Under the pieces are notes generated by a model. It made no database searches. It was not told where the DNA came from and saw only the letters and a program-made list of their open reading frames with translations. Of a stretch of 64,000 nt of DNA, positions 1 to 13,928 are shown piece after piece (position 1 is the stretch's first letter; each line of letters opens with the position of its first letter). The translations under genes and the position numbers were made by a program. The DNA is from Flaccisagitta enflata (Eukaryota): NCBI GenBank assembly GCA_965153355.1, contig OZ231126.1:45818001-45882000 (forward strand), written 5' to 3'.

Positions 1-1003
1 CATTTCTTTTTTTGTTCTGTTTCGTTTCATTGATTTCGTGTCAAATCACGACTTTTGCTTCACGGATGAAAAAGTGACCTTGTCGCGCACCAACGCATAG
101 CTGTTCAATCTCTCCAATGCAATCCCCCCCCCCACTCCGCATTAAAAAAAAGTGACCCCCAACCAAATGGAAAAAAGTCTCCTTCCTAATCACAATTGTT
201 TTCACCGTACAAACTCTTTCCTTGTACTCGCTTTACCATCAGCCTGATGATTTATCAAGTTTCATTCACCCAGTTTAGATTAACTTTCTTACGTCACTTT
301 TTTGAAATTTCTAGGTCAGATAACACTAACTCGGTCTTCTACGTCACTGCTCCTTTCCTCCCCCCCCCCCCCTCCCCCACTCCTATTTTATTCTATAGCG
401 ATGTAGAATTCTACATCACTCGCTCGATGTAGAATTCTTCTTCGCTCGCCCGCTCTGCAACTGCATGAATTCCTCTTTCAACAGCTCACCCCCCCCCCCA
501 TTTCTTTTCCCCCACTTTTTCCAATTCTACAAATGGAAGTGGATTTTATATGCGTGCATTCTGAGTCACTTTTCACGTGAGTTTTATCGTTTTGGCGCGT
601 GAGATTCGTCGTCAAAAGTCACGACTGCGTCATCAAATGTATCAACCTTTGCGCCATTCTGCTTTCCCCTTTTAAGTCAATGGATTGCTTTTACTCTCTG
701 TCTCTGTCTCTTTCTCTGTCTCTGTCTCTCTTTCACTTCCATGCTGCTCGCGCAATTTCTCGGTTATTCCAACGACCACATTTCAATTCACGTTAAGAAC
801 TATTTCCCCTCCTCCCATTTTACTGCTTTTCTCCGTCTCTCTACACAAGACTTTCTCTTCCAAACCATGAAAAATATTGCTACCTGTGTTATGCCGGCTT
901 CCCAGCTCCTGGTTGCTCTTGCCCTTCTCTACGCGGCTTTCCCTTTCTCTTTATATTATGCCGAGCAAGTTGTTTTTGTTTTTTGTTATCTGTGTTGTTG
1001 TTG

Positions 1004-1035
<32 letters not shown>

Positions 1036-3019
1036 TAAATTCCCTTCTTCAATGCCATCAAGTTGACTGTGCCATCAACTGATCAACTGACCACGTTGCA
1101 GAAGTTGCAATTCTTCCCAACTGGCAGAGCTCGTAAATTTTCAGGGAGACTCAATTGTTGTCTGCGCAGCGCACGGATTTTCGATACCTTGAGACTCATC
1201 TCTCTTTTATTCTCTCTCTCTCTCTCTCTCTCTCTATCTGCGTCTCTCACCGTTATCACAACTTGTCGTCGTGATCGGTTCTTCTATGGACTTGGTCTGA
1301 GCAACGGTGCTTCATGTCTTCTGTGTAGCTGTCGTCGTTCGTCATCCGCGCTCCGTCGACCGAGACCGACCCGTAGCAAGAAGGAAAGGGGGATTAGGTG
1401 GACGGGGGGATTTACGCTCAAGTAGGGAGGAGGCAAAGGCGAAGGCCAGGACATGAGAGGGGCATGGGGGGAATACCTGATGGCAATGTTTGGACGGGGA
1501 TGGTAAAATAGTTTACGACAGGAGATGCAAAGACTAAGGGGACGTTGGAAGAGCCTTGATAGTGAACTGATACAGATAGAGCTTAAGCTGGTAATTTTTG
1601 CTTGACTGCTTATTGTGGACCAGAGGTATCTATCCAGAGAGGTAAATGGTAAAACGAATATTTAGAAGCGTCAGAAGTGCAACGTTTTCTGGGCATGAAG
1701 ACTATTGCCAGTTTGACAGGACCTGCTCTGGCCTCTATTGATAGTGCGAGGAGAGTAAAGTTGCAATCTTTCTTTCACCCCAGATACCCCTGTCGCTGAC
1801 CCTCCCTTTTGTCATTTTCTAGCACTTCCTCCATCCACCTATGATACCCCCGATTCTTCCAACCCCTCCCTCTATTCCAATTTCTGGCAGGCCCCCCTGC
1901 CGACGTGGGCTGTCGCCGTAATTCACGGAACTGATTAGTCCTTCCTTCCCTTGATTGCGAGTTATGACGTCAGGCAACGTGGCGTTTTATGACGAAAGAA
2001 AACGACGACAAGGACGACAACAACGGTGACGACGACAATGACGACGATGACGACGACAGAGATGAAAATGCTAACGATACGTTTTACAAATATGAGCTTG
2101 TTACGTGAGTGTTGCCAAGGATTGGCCCACCAAATGTGAAATTGGCCAATTAGGCATCGGGAAGGAAGCACAATGAAATGAATACGCTTGTCAACCGCCC
2201 CTACAACCTCCACTATCCCCACCAGTATCTTCACAACCAACACCAGCAATATTGAAACACCGACACGCCTTCTTACCCAACCACACCCTAGATCAAAACC
2301 ACATCAACCACATCACCACCGCAAAAACAACGACGATGACGACGACATAAACGTAGATTCGACGTTGTCGCGTATACCACTTCGTATGACAAGCGAAATA
2401 AAAGGTTTTTGACGGCCTCATTCCTAATCAGAAAACTTTTTTCTTTCTTTCATTTTCTGCCTTTTGGAATTTTAGAGCCATCATAATTCAGTTCCCTTTC
2501 AAATTCAATTACGTTATCAATTTCGAAACTTCGATCTCTGATTGAAAGAAAAAAAGAGAAAAAAAACGCGTTTCACATTCTCTCTCTTTTCTGTTCCTCG
2601 ACTTTTCTTCCATCCCCCGTTGTTCTTTAAAGATCTGATTAAAAACATTGATATTTGACATTTGTTTTTTTTATTACAAACAACTCTTAAAATGTGAAAT
2701 AACCACAAGTATCGCTTATAAGAAAGTGCAAAAAGAGTTCTTTATATTGAGGGAGCCTTTGCTTCTCATAATTATTCAGCGGCTACCAGAAACACCTAAA
2801 CCATTTCACAGTACGCGCTATATTCTATAAGAATTATTGAGGCAACGCAAATCGCATGAATGTAGCAAAACGTGGTATCAGATAAGAGCTTCTTCCTTAC
2901 AGGCAGCAAATACAAGATCAGCGAAAATCTGCGTGGCTTCTGAATAAAGGGAAGATACGTGAGTGATGACTTCATCACTTTCGCTGCTGGAAGTAAAGCC
3001 ATTAGCCGTAGATTCATTC

Positions 3020-3074
<55 letters not shown>

Positions 3075-4163
3075 CCTTCGCTGGCATAAACGCTTTTGTG
3101 TTAGCATGCCACTTTTGTAGACTGATGTAAGGCAATTGCCATCATTCTCATGGCGTGGACGCGCGCGCTAAGACTCATTCGGACACGGAGACTACCTTTC
3201 ATATCCCCTCAGAGACTTCGCCATTATGTCATCAACGGTCCAAACTCGTCTCAGACGGCGCATCGTTTGAAAAAAAAATGACTGCTCATAAATCATAGGT
3301 CCTCACATGATATGTTTGACCTTGCTCACGCGTGTTTGCTTACTTTGAGTAAGTAGGAGTAATCGTGTCTAGTTAGAAAGAGAACCTATTGCAGTCTGTT
3401 CAACAAACTGCCATACAAAAACAGCATGTTCAAGTTTTAGTAAATGGTTAGCCTGTCCCTCTAATCCTGTCTCAGCAATTATTCAGCCAACAGTGCCATG
3501 CTTTGGGGGCGAGGCCGTCATTGGAGCCGAAAGGAAAGAGAGACGCGATCTAGGCGTCATACCAACATTTTGATACATCTATATACACGGGCGAAAGTAT
3601 GATTCGCCGCGTCATAGGCATCATCGTCGATGATCTCATTCTCTCCCATTTGGGCATTGAGGCATCGAGGTTATGTCTTTCTTTCTTGTCCCCTTTGCCT
3701 TTCGCGCCCCCACCGCCGCCGTGAATATAGCCTCATTAACCGCCTTTCTTCCTAACCCCGCTTTTTTTCGTCTGTGTGTGCGTGTTAGGTTACTTATGTA
3801 ATGCTAACTTGCATCACACGCCCGTATAAACACCGTCAGCATCTCAAACACGTTAACTTTGCCATCATCGTCGAACATGAAGTCGTCATAGTCATCGTTG
3901 TCGTCGTTCAAGATTGACAAGAATCTAAGTCAGATTTGAGCAAAGTGAATGAGAATGAGAATAAGGATTGAAATGAAAGAGTGAGAGACTGAGAGAGAGA
4001 GAGAGAGAGAAAGAGACTAAGAGAGAAAGAATTACTTTTGTGTTTTTATCTGCGCCTAACAAAAGAAAGGAAAGAGGAAAGACATTGACTCGTTAGTTGA
4101 AACCCATTTCTCTAAATTGTAAGCGGAATTCACGTCCATCGTCCATCCACCCAGAAGTAAAGT

Positions 4164-4225
<62 letters not shown>

Positions 4226-4292
4226 CCTCCTAATTCCAGCCCATCGTTCCCTCGCATTTATTTTTGTTCCGCTAACAAGTCTGAACGCTTAT

Positions 4293-4351
<59 letters not shown>

Positions 4352-4577
4352 GAGTTCCAATGCCTCCGCTTTTTTCTTTCGCTTCCCTGCACAATATGCA
4401 ATATTTCGCAAACACGACTTATTCTCATGGGCAGTTTTACCTTCTGCGCTTTCCGAAGCTTCGTTACCTTGTTACATTTCATGGGTTTTCCATCATGATT
4501 TTTCCGCGGCTTTCTTCCCATTGGTACCGCCTTCCATTAGTTCCGCCCCCTTTTCCCTGCTCTACAACGTGTTTTGC

Positions 4578-4621
<44 letters not shown>

Positions 4622-4814
4622 TTTCCATACTCTATTCTACATGTTCAGTTTCTTTCTTTTTCTTTACCTTTTTTCTCACCTTTTGTAACACCTCTTTCTT
4701 TTGATTAATTCCATCCCTCATTTCTTATTTTTCCTTTGTATTTTCTCATATCTCTGTCCATCACTTTTTTTTTCTCAATTCCTCGCCTCCCTCTTTCTCA
4801 TCATTTCTTTTTTT

Positions 4815-4861
<47 letters not shown>

Positions 4862-6904
4862 CTCTCATTCTGACCCGGCGTGGCCGTTTGTCGCTGTTCG
4901 GCCGGTCCCCTGCTTCTTCATTCCCATGGCCTGCCATACCTACTCTTCAATGTCGTGGTGTTATTATTCCTTCTGAGGTATTTGGCGAGCGAGAAGCGCC
5001 TCTCCGCCCTCAAACACCGTCGGCCGGCCGCTCCCACGTTGGTCGGTAGCACCGGTTATGGCGGCCCGCAAAACGTCCGCATAAATATCTCTCACTCTTC
5101 CGTAGAGGTGAACACGTACAGTTGGGGATCCCAACAGCGCTTTTTCCTTTGTTTGTTATCCATGTAATACATTTTATCATCATAATATGTCATGAAGTAT
5201 GAAATGAAAAATAAATCAACAACAATAGTATTATAGTTTGCCATGGTTTAGGAATATCAGTTATTAAAAGTACTGTCTGTTAAAGTGTTTCTTTACATAT
5301 TTATCTCTATCAAAACCACTATTAGTTTTACCTTTGAAGAAAAGAAATAAAAGGAAAGGAATGTCGACATATTGGGATCCATCGCTGTATTTCCAATGAG
5401 GTTTATGTAAGGTGGATGAAGACATGGAATGGACAAGAGTGCGAGAAAGAAGAGAAAGAAGAGAAAGACTTATCATTCATATCCATGGAAAGGAGAAACA
5501 CGGATTATTCAGGGATGAATAACAACCGCCTTTTTCCTCCTACCTCCTCCTTTTTACCTGCTCCTCCTCCTCTTTCTATTACCTCCTCCTCATCCTCTTC
5601 CTCTCTTTTCTCCTATTCCGTCCCCAGGTCCCTGTCTCTTTTTTTGTCTTTCTTTGCCTTTACCTTTCACCTCTTTGAATATCACCTTTCCACCCTTTTT
5701 TTTTTCTTTCTCTCAAAAGAAAATGACTAAGTTACGTTTTCTTTTTTTTTTTTTCTTTTTTTTTCTTTTTTTTTTCTAGTTTTTTTCTCCGTTATCATGT
5801 TTTTATGTTTTTGTTTTGACGAAGTTTTGTTTTCTTTTCGTTTTTCCTTTGTTTTTTTTCTCCGTTATAATGTTTTCCTGTTTTTGTTTTGTAACTTTGT
5901 TCTTCCCTCTTGCGTATCATCCTTAAGTTTCTCATTTACGTCTTTGAGCTACATTTTTTTCTCCATTTTTTCACACTTATCACTTTCTCTCCCTCTCAAC
6001 CACACTTCTTTTGACTATTCCGCTTCTACTTCTTCATCTTTGTATTATTTTTCTTCTTCTTCTTCGTCTTCACCTTCTTCTTCTTCTTCTTCTTCTTCTT
6101 CTTCTTCTCCTTCTTCTGCTTCTGCTTCTGCTTCTTTTTCTTTTTCTTTTTCTTTTTCTTCTTCTTCTTCCTCTTCCTCCTCTTCTTCTTCTGCTACTTC
6201 GTTACACTCCCCACGCTCCTGCCCTTCTTTTCCACTTCTCCGCGTCTTCCTTTTCTTTCCTCCTTTTCTTTCCTCCAACCGTCTTTCGTCTCTCGCTGTT
6301 GGACGATACAATGGAGGAACATTAAGAATGAAAAATCTGTTATGGCCAGCAGTGAGAAGGTAAAAAGAAGAGAAAGGCAAAAGATAAAAAGAGAAGAAAG
6401 AAGAGAAGAAGAGAAAATTGAATGAAGAAAGGGAAAGGGGGAAAAATTTATCACGGGCATCGTGGGCATTTTCCTCTTTTCTCTCTCTCTCTCTCTTTCG
6501 TTTTTCTCCTCCATCACACGGCAGGTTTCATCATTACACCGCCCGGTTTCAACATCCAACTGATAAAGCGGTAATGATGCCTCCATTTTTCCCCTCTGGA
6601 CACGATTTCATTTCAGTTAATGGAAAAGGAGAACGAATGGGGCAAAACATGAGCTCTCCATCGCTCAATCTGTCTTTATAAAAGGCAGTTTACTCGAGGT
6701 CTCTGTCGCTGTCCCTTTTCTGTTTCTCTTTCTCTTGACTGCCTGTATCTCTGTCTCTCTTGCTCTTTTTTCCTCTTTCCCTTCCTCTTCTTTTTTCTCT
6801 CTTGTCCTTCTCTTTCTCTGTCTCTTCATCATTTTGTTGATGTCTCTGTCCATTGGTTTTGGTCTCACTCTGTCTTTTCCATTGGACTTCCTCTTCCTTT
6901 TATC

Positions 6905-7081
6905 TTTAGTTGCGGACACGCAACTCTATAAGAGGCTTTGTCCGTCGGTCCGTGGGTTCGTGGGTCTGTTGGTCCGTCGGTCCGTTGCTCCGTGGTGATC
7001 GAGTTGGAAAATGTGACAACGCGCATTTCCGCCCTTGCCCACCCGTCTACAACTGGTATTGGCCGAGTATCCGGCCTTGTT
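6905..7081 (+). mobile_element. Short HINE/DINE-1-like element, family A
   Basis: tttagttgcggacacgcaactct stem-loop, GTCC/GTCG-type repeats, 3' end ggccgagtatccggccttgtt. Confidence 0.75.
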
Positions 7082-8350
7082 CTATTCTGTTTTTAGCTAT
7101 CGCTCATCGTTCTTCAGGCGGAAGGAAAAAATGGCACTCCCTTTGCTTTTTTATCAGTGACTTTTTTCGTTGCTTACTATCGTTTTTCTATGAAAGGTGT
7201 GTGATAATGGAAAGGTTGCGAGTGGTAGGAGAGCGAAAGACGAAGAAGGGGGCGACATAATAACGCGTGGCTGCTAAGTTGGTAGATTTTTTGAGAATGA
7301 ATACAAATCAAATGTGGAAATGCTGTCGTTTTTAAGAAAAGGGGGTTGAGTGGAAGAAAGACCGACTATTCATCGATTATTCACATTCGACTGATAACCG
7401 CGTCGTTGACGACATGACATTTCACGGTATTGCTTGAGGGAGGTGGCAAGATGGGTCGCGAAGTGGAGATAGGCCAAAGGGAGAACAACGGGCACTCGTG
7501 AATTATCAGTCAGACGAAATTGATGTAAAGAATGGGGAGGGGACGGAGGACGAAGGAGAACCCATACACGAGTAAGTGGTACAGTAAAAGAAGAAAAAAG
7601 AAAAACGAGACATTTAGATGGGATCAAAGGGATAGAAGGACAAAAGAAAAAGACATGGTGATTGCGAGGAATCTTTCTTTTTTATCATCTTTTGCCGCTT
7701 TGACCCGTGGAAACCTATCCATTTCTATGAACTCTAAATATTCCGTCTAAATGGTCTGTCTTAAACTGTCTCTGTAGGCCTAACCCTGTCTATTATCATA
7801 TCACCTGTCTATCTCTCTATCTCTAAATTCCTTCATCTAATTGTCAGTCTATCTTTCAAAATAGTAATTCTCTCTCTCTCTCTCTCTCTCCCCTTGAGCT
7901 ATCGACGCCGCACTTCTTCACGAATTCCATCCTTGGCTATTCTTAGCTGGACCTGATGTAGCTCGAAAATGCGTTTTCCAAATTGAACAGACAATGCGAG
8001 CACGGACCTTTGCGATAAATACGCACGAGCGAACAAACACACACACATACATACACACCTAAGAAATGTCTACTGCGCGCACAAACGCGGGTCGCATAAA
8101 CGTACACACACACATGAACGCACGCGCATAAACGTGCGCACGGTTGAACGCACTCGAAAAACGCGGTCTCTCGCGCCATATTTGGACGTTGTCTCTCGAT
8201 TTGCTGGAGATGGCGCCTCAACGCCGTAGGAATCCGAGACGCGACGCAACTTTCAAATTCTTAGAGGTCAAAAGGTGTAACACATTCAAAACGACTTTTA
8301 TGGTGACAAAAGGCCCCAATTCTGAGACCCAACAAACCTATATGATAGGG

Positions 8351-8420
<70 letters not shown>

Positions 8421-9503
8421 AAGAATCTGAATGGACCGGTAAAGACAGAGATGGAGACTGTTAAACACTAAAGACAGACACGGCTTGAGACAGATAATAA
8501 GATTCAGTCTTCTGAGACAGAAACCAAAAAAACGGCTCGTGGCGCGTAATACCTCATGCTGGTGGAACTAAACGCAGAAATGAGAACTGACCACGCACAC
8601 GGCGTTCACGATGCACAAGGATCTCATGGTGCTCCAGGCAATCACGGCGCTCATGGTGCCCGTAACAATCATTTTTCATGTTCTATTTGCCTCAGGCCAT
8701 TGATCGGGGAAGATTACTCAGTGTTTTTTTTTCTCATGCCATTACACATTGGCAACATGTAACCAGGGGAAGCTGTGGTCAAGGCGTGCGCAGCTTATGA
8801 GCTTCAGTTACACGAGGAATATGATTAGCAACATTAATCATTGTCATCGTCTCGATATAAGATGGCCGAATAAACTGATGGCAAATTGCGAGACACATTT
8901 GATGCGAATGTCCGTACACATCATTTTGTATGCATGGAATTGGTTATTACAAGTTATGACATGAGTGTGGGAGGAAACACACAAAAAAAACAAATTGCGG
9001 GCGCGAGGGAGATAAAAAAGAAACAATATGACGGAGGCGTGAGGTGAGAAAACGAGGTTGTGGTCAGAAAATGTGGGGCAATAAATGGGTTGAGAAGAGA
9101 TTAAGCGGGAAGTTCCGTTAATGTCGGGCGCAAAGATGCAAGGAGACGAATTATTTTCTTTCTGCAGAGGCGAAAACGTAGTTATGACCGTCTTCCATAT
9201 AAACAGGTTCATCGTGTTTTGGCAGCTGGGGCCTTAAGAAGCGCCATCTAGACACAGAAGAGAATAAAGAGAGAAAGAGAAGTGCGAGTGTTGTCAAAAG
9301 GGGCGGTGGAGGTGGCCACTAATATGGGAAGAGAAATAACACGCTGTAACGATGGTCATTGGATGTGTTTGCATAAGAAACGCAAATGCGTCAAATTTAT
9401 GGTAATCTTCCTATTTTTTACGGATGACTGAACGGCTCTCTCTCTCTCTCACTTGTTCCCGCTCGCCTCTCCTGTGTCGTTGTGTCTATTTTTGAGGAAA
9501 AAG

Positions 9504-9594
<91 letters not shown>

Positions 9595-10310
9595 CAAGAT
9601 TCAGACGCTTCGTCATAAATGCGACACAGGGGCGTTTTTTCCACCTTGAAAGTGAAGAACAGAGACAAGAAAAACCTGAAGAAAATCAAAAAGAGAAAAA
9701 AAATATAGCGTTCATAAAGAAATTTTCAGACGAAATTTCCTTTCTGTTTATTCTTTTGTATCTTTTCAACCTTCCTCATGAAATTTTGTAAATTTTGTAC
9801 TTTTTGTTGCACATTTCATATTTTCTTTTGCATTTTCCTTTTTATTCGCGAATGAGCAATGGGCATCAAACTACGTTCTTTTTAGGTGCGCCAAAGCACC
9901 TCCATAACTGGCTGTGTCCGTCCGTCGGTCTGTTGGTCGGTAACGCTTTCGGATTCGGTCGACGATCTTTTTTCCATGAAAAAGATACAACATGACATAG
10001 TATTTTTGTTCACTTTGACATTATCCAAGATAAAAAACATAAGATGCACTAACGAACAAAAGGAAAGACGGACAAACGAACAGACAGACACGCCATCTCG
10101 TTGTAGTATCCCTAGGAGTCGTCTAGCAAAAGATCATTCGTATGTTCAATCAGACTTAACAGTGAAAGCCTTCTCACGGTGGCCAAGAGAGAGAAACAGA
10201 AAAAAAATAACAAGAACAAGAAAAGGAATCGCGATGGTTGATGAAAAGGAAGCAATTTGTAGGACGGCCATGCGCTCATTTGTTGTGTCGTCATGTCTTG
10301 ATTATCATAT

Positions 10311-10407
<97 letters not shown>

Positions 10408-10516
10408 GGGGGCAGGGGAGGAATGAAGGTGGTGAGAGTCCACGAGACAGCAAGCGCTTTGTCATATGCATATCAACTTTTCCTGCCTTAGGCCCCGCTT
10501 TGCGCGACAGTTACAC

Positions 10517-10566
<50 letters not shown>

Positions 10567-11108
10567 TCACTCTCGACGTTGGCATCTAAAATTGAAGGCA
10601 TGCACGTGCGACGCACGCGTCTCGCGCGCACGTAGCCTCGAGACGTCCGAGATTAAATTCTATTAGTATAATGCATTTTTGATATTCGTCGATCAGCTTT
10701 GATACGGCATTCGATTTAACTCTTTTACTCTTCTCGCTTCGATGAAGGCTTAACAAAGAAGAGAAAAAGAGAGACTTCATTTTTATCTCTCACTGCTTAT
10801 TTTTGTCGTCGCGCCAAATTGAGCGCAGTGGACAAAAACATTGCCGACTTCCGATTATCATAACATAGTTAAACTGTTTCTGAACAACTGGTAACAAACT
10901 CTTTTTCTTCATTATCATATCGTGACAATCTACACACCAACTGTCTATCATTCTCTCTGACCAACCGACTGCATTTTACCTCAAAGCCTCTTTTTCTCTC
11001 TCTCTCTCTCACTCTACCTTCCCTTTCCTTTTTTTCCATCATAGAGGATATTCTTCATAAATTGTTTCGCGACTGTTTTTTGTTTTGCCTCGCCTTCATA
11101 TTTTTTTT

Positions 11109-11160
<52 letters not shown>

Positions 11161-11800
11161 TTCTCTTCTTACTCGTTTACTCCTTTTCGCCTCTCATCTC
11201 ATTTAATCTTTTTCTCTCTCTTTCTCTCTTTCTTTTTTCTTTCTTTATTCAAATCAACCTTTTTTGTCTTTATCCTAGATTTATCTCTCCTCCGCTATTT
11301 TTTCCCTTTTCTCTCTTTTTTCCTTCCCACCTGCTCTAGTTTCATTCCTTTCTTCTCTTTTTCTCTCCTTCCTCCGCGCCGTTTTGTTTTGTTTTCTCTC
11401 CATATTTCTGTTTTTGTTTTTCTTCTTTCCGTTTTCTTACTCCTCGTCTGAATTCTTTCCTTCGCAAAACGATCGCAAACATTTCCCTTTTTTTTCCTCC
11501 GCTTTCTTGTTTCTTCTTTTCATTCTCTTTCTATTTCTTCCATTTGTATTAACCTCCTCATTATTCCCCCACGAACGCGACCTGCCTCAACGTGAAAAGA
11601 ATCCCACCTTACCTCACTTTATGATTTTCTAGTCATCATTTTCTCATTTTGTCTCTTTTTGTGTGGAAGTCTCAATCAGACGCGATGGAGCTGATAGCGT
11701 ATACGTGGATGTGGGAGGATGGGCTTTGATTTTCTCTCCTTGTTTCATTCTTACTTGGTCTGTTTCATTCTCACCTTGTCTGTCTCATTTTTTTTCTGTT

Positions 11801-11879
<79 letters not shown>

Positions 11880-12546
11880 ATCTTTCTATCTTTATATCTT
11901 TTTTCCTTTTTTTCCTTCTTTCTCTCTGTCCGGCTTTCTGGCTCATATCACCTTCATTTTTCCTCACTTTGCTTCTTGCCATTTCCCTTCTCTTCCTCTT
12001 CTTTCTCTTCTTTCTCTTCTTCCTCCTTTTCCTCCCCTCGCTCCTCTTCCTCCTCCTCCTCCCCCACGATTCGTTCAGCGAAGAAAACGCATAATAAAAG
12101 AGTCACTTTGAGGGGAAAAAGAGGGTCAGAATGAATTGGGCCGTAAAAAAGAGACGACAATTATCATAAAGTATACACGGATTATGACATAACTTTGTTC
12201 ATTCATCCTTAAATAGACTGAGGTAGTCACCGACTCTTTTTCTTTCGCTCAAAAGTCCGAACGGGAGTGACGTTTTTTTTTCAATCTCGCGCGTTTCTAT
12301 GATCAATCATGCGGATGTTTCTTCATTTTTTCCCTTTTTTTTTCCCTCTCTTTCATTGTTTCTTCATTTATTTGTTCATCTTTCTTGTTTCCGTCTCCGC
12401 CAAATCTTGATGATAGCGGCAAAATACCATCTCATAATTAACAATCGCATTTGTTCCACCAAACATACTTTTGTGGAATTTCACTCATCAACCGTCCAAT
12501 TATATTCTTTTCCTTTTCTCTTTTCCTCCATTCCACACCCATTCAG

Positions 12547-13928
12547 ACTTGACGCCGGTTTCCACGTCTCCTCCTCCTTCCTCCTCCTCCGAGGAGCGCC
12601 TTCGGCCTTATTCCACTTCTCCCGGCGCCGAGTTCTCCGAAACGAGCGCCGAAGACGACGCCGCGTTGAGGAGAAGCGCCGAGCCTCAGACGCCCGTTGA
12701 AGAGGAGGAGGAAGCCGCCGAAGCCTCCTCTTCATCCTCTTTACGCCTCCCTCATCCTCATCCTCACGAGGTGGAAGAAGAGGAAGAGGAAGAAGGCGCG
12801 TCTCGAAGATCCGTATCTCCTTCATTTCCTCCTCCGATTTACTCTTCTCCTTCGTCCTCGATGACTTACACCGGCGGCGTCATCGTTGGTGACGCTCCTC
12901 TTCCTCCTCCTCCCTCCTCATCTCCATGTTCCAAGAGTGGTCGCCAATCATCTCCTACCACCACTTCTCCTCCTCCACCTCCTCCACCTCCTCCAATGTC
13001 TCCTCCCCCGCTCCTCCGTTGTGACGACTGCGACGTTGTCGGTTTTACCTCCACTTCCGCTTTGAAAATCCACTTTGACATTGTCCATCGCGGTGCCAGC
13101 GGGCCCGCCGCGGCTGCTGCAGCCGCTGCTGCCGCCGCCGCCGCCGCCGCCGTTTCGGCTGCGGGTTTAACATCACCAACTCTCTCCTCCTCTTCCAGTC
13201 GACAATCGCCCATTTCTTCAGTCTTTCCCTCTTCTTCCTCCTCATCTTCTTCTTCTTCCTCCTCTTCCTCGCATCCTCACGCGCCTCATCTTCCTCCTCC
13301 TCCTCCTCATCCTCATCATCACAATCCGTACTCCTCCTCGGCTCTTCATCTTCCTCCTCCTCATGGCTTCCCATTCGGCGGACTGCCTTCTCTTTCTCCT
13401 TCTTCCATGTCTTCGAATCATTTGTCTCCTCACGCCAGCAGCTCCATCGGCTCGCCAACCAACGGTAACAACAACCACAACAGCGTCGTCAATGGCATCC
13501 CAGTCCCTCCTTCGTCGCCCCGAGGTGGCGTCGGAGCCGCTTCCATGGCGTCGCTCCACTCGGCAGCCTCCTCCTCGACGTCTTCCTCCTCTTCATCGCC
13601 ACCTTCGCATTTGGGCATTCATCAAATCACCGCCCAGTTGCTGCAAACAAAAAGCCAACAGCAGCATTCATCTTCTTCCTCTTCCTCATCTTCCGCGGCT
13701 GCCGCGGTCGCCGCCGCCGCTGCGGCTTCAGCCAATCAAAACTCGATGATGGCGGCGCTTCCGGCTTCCGTCGCGGCGTCGATGGCCGCCAATTTCATTT
13801 CGACGACCTCCTCCAGAAAGATGGCGTGTCCGAAATGCGGCATGTGTTTGAGTGACATCGTCGAGATGGAGAAGCACGTCGCAATGCATACTCCCGACCC
13901 ACTGACTCAAGGCGTCCTTCAAGAAGTG
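12547..13928 (+). CDS. zfh1: zfh1/ZEB first visible coding exon (two C2H2 fingers, low-complexity S/P/A/E)
   Basis: Pyrimidine tract and cattcag acceptor at 12546; donor GTG|GTGAGT at 13929. Encodes [23 protein letters not shown] and [21 protein letters not shown]; phase 0 join to VCKVC. Confidence 0.85.

Noticed and set aside
8556-8762. His/Gly-rich short ORF as a possible first zfh1 exon
   Set aside because: It is a degenerate 9-bp repeat with no convincing donor or homology.
5797-12160. Many ORFs of poly-SL, -ER, -F or -S type upstream of zfh1
   Set aside because: They are microsatellite and low-complexity artefacts.
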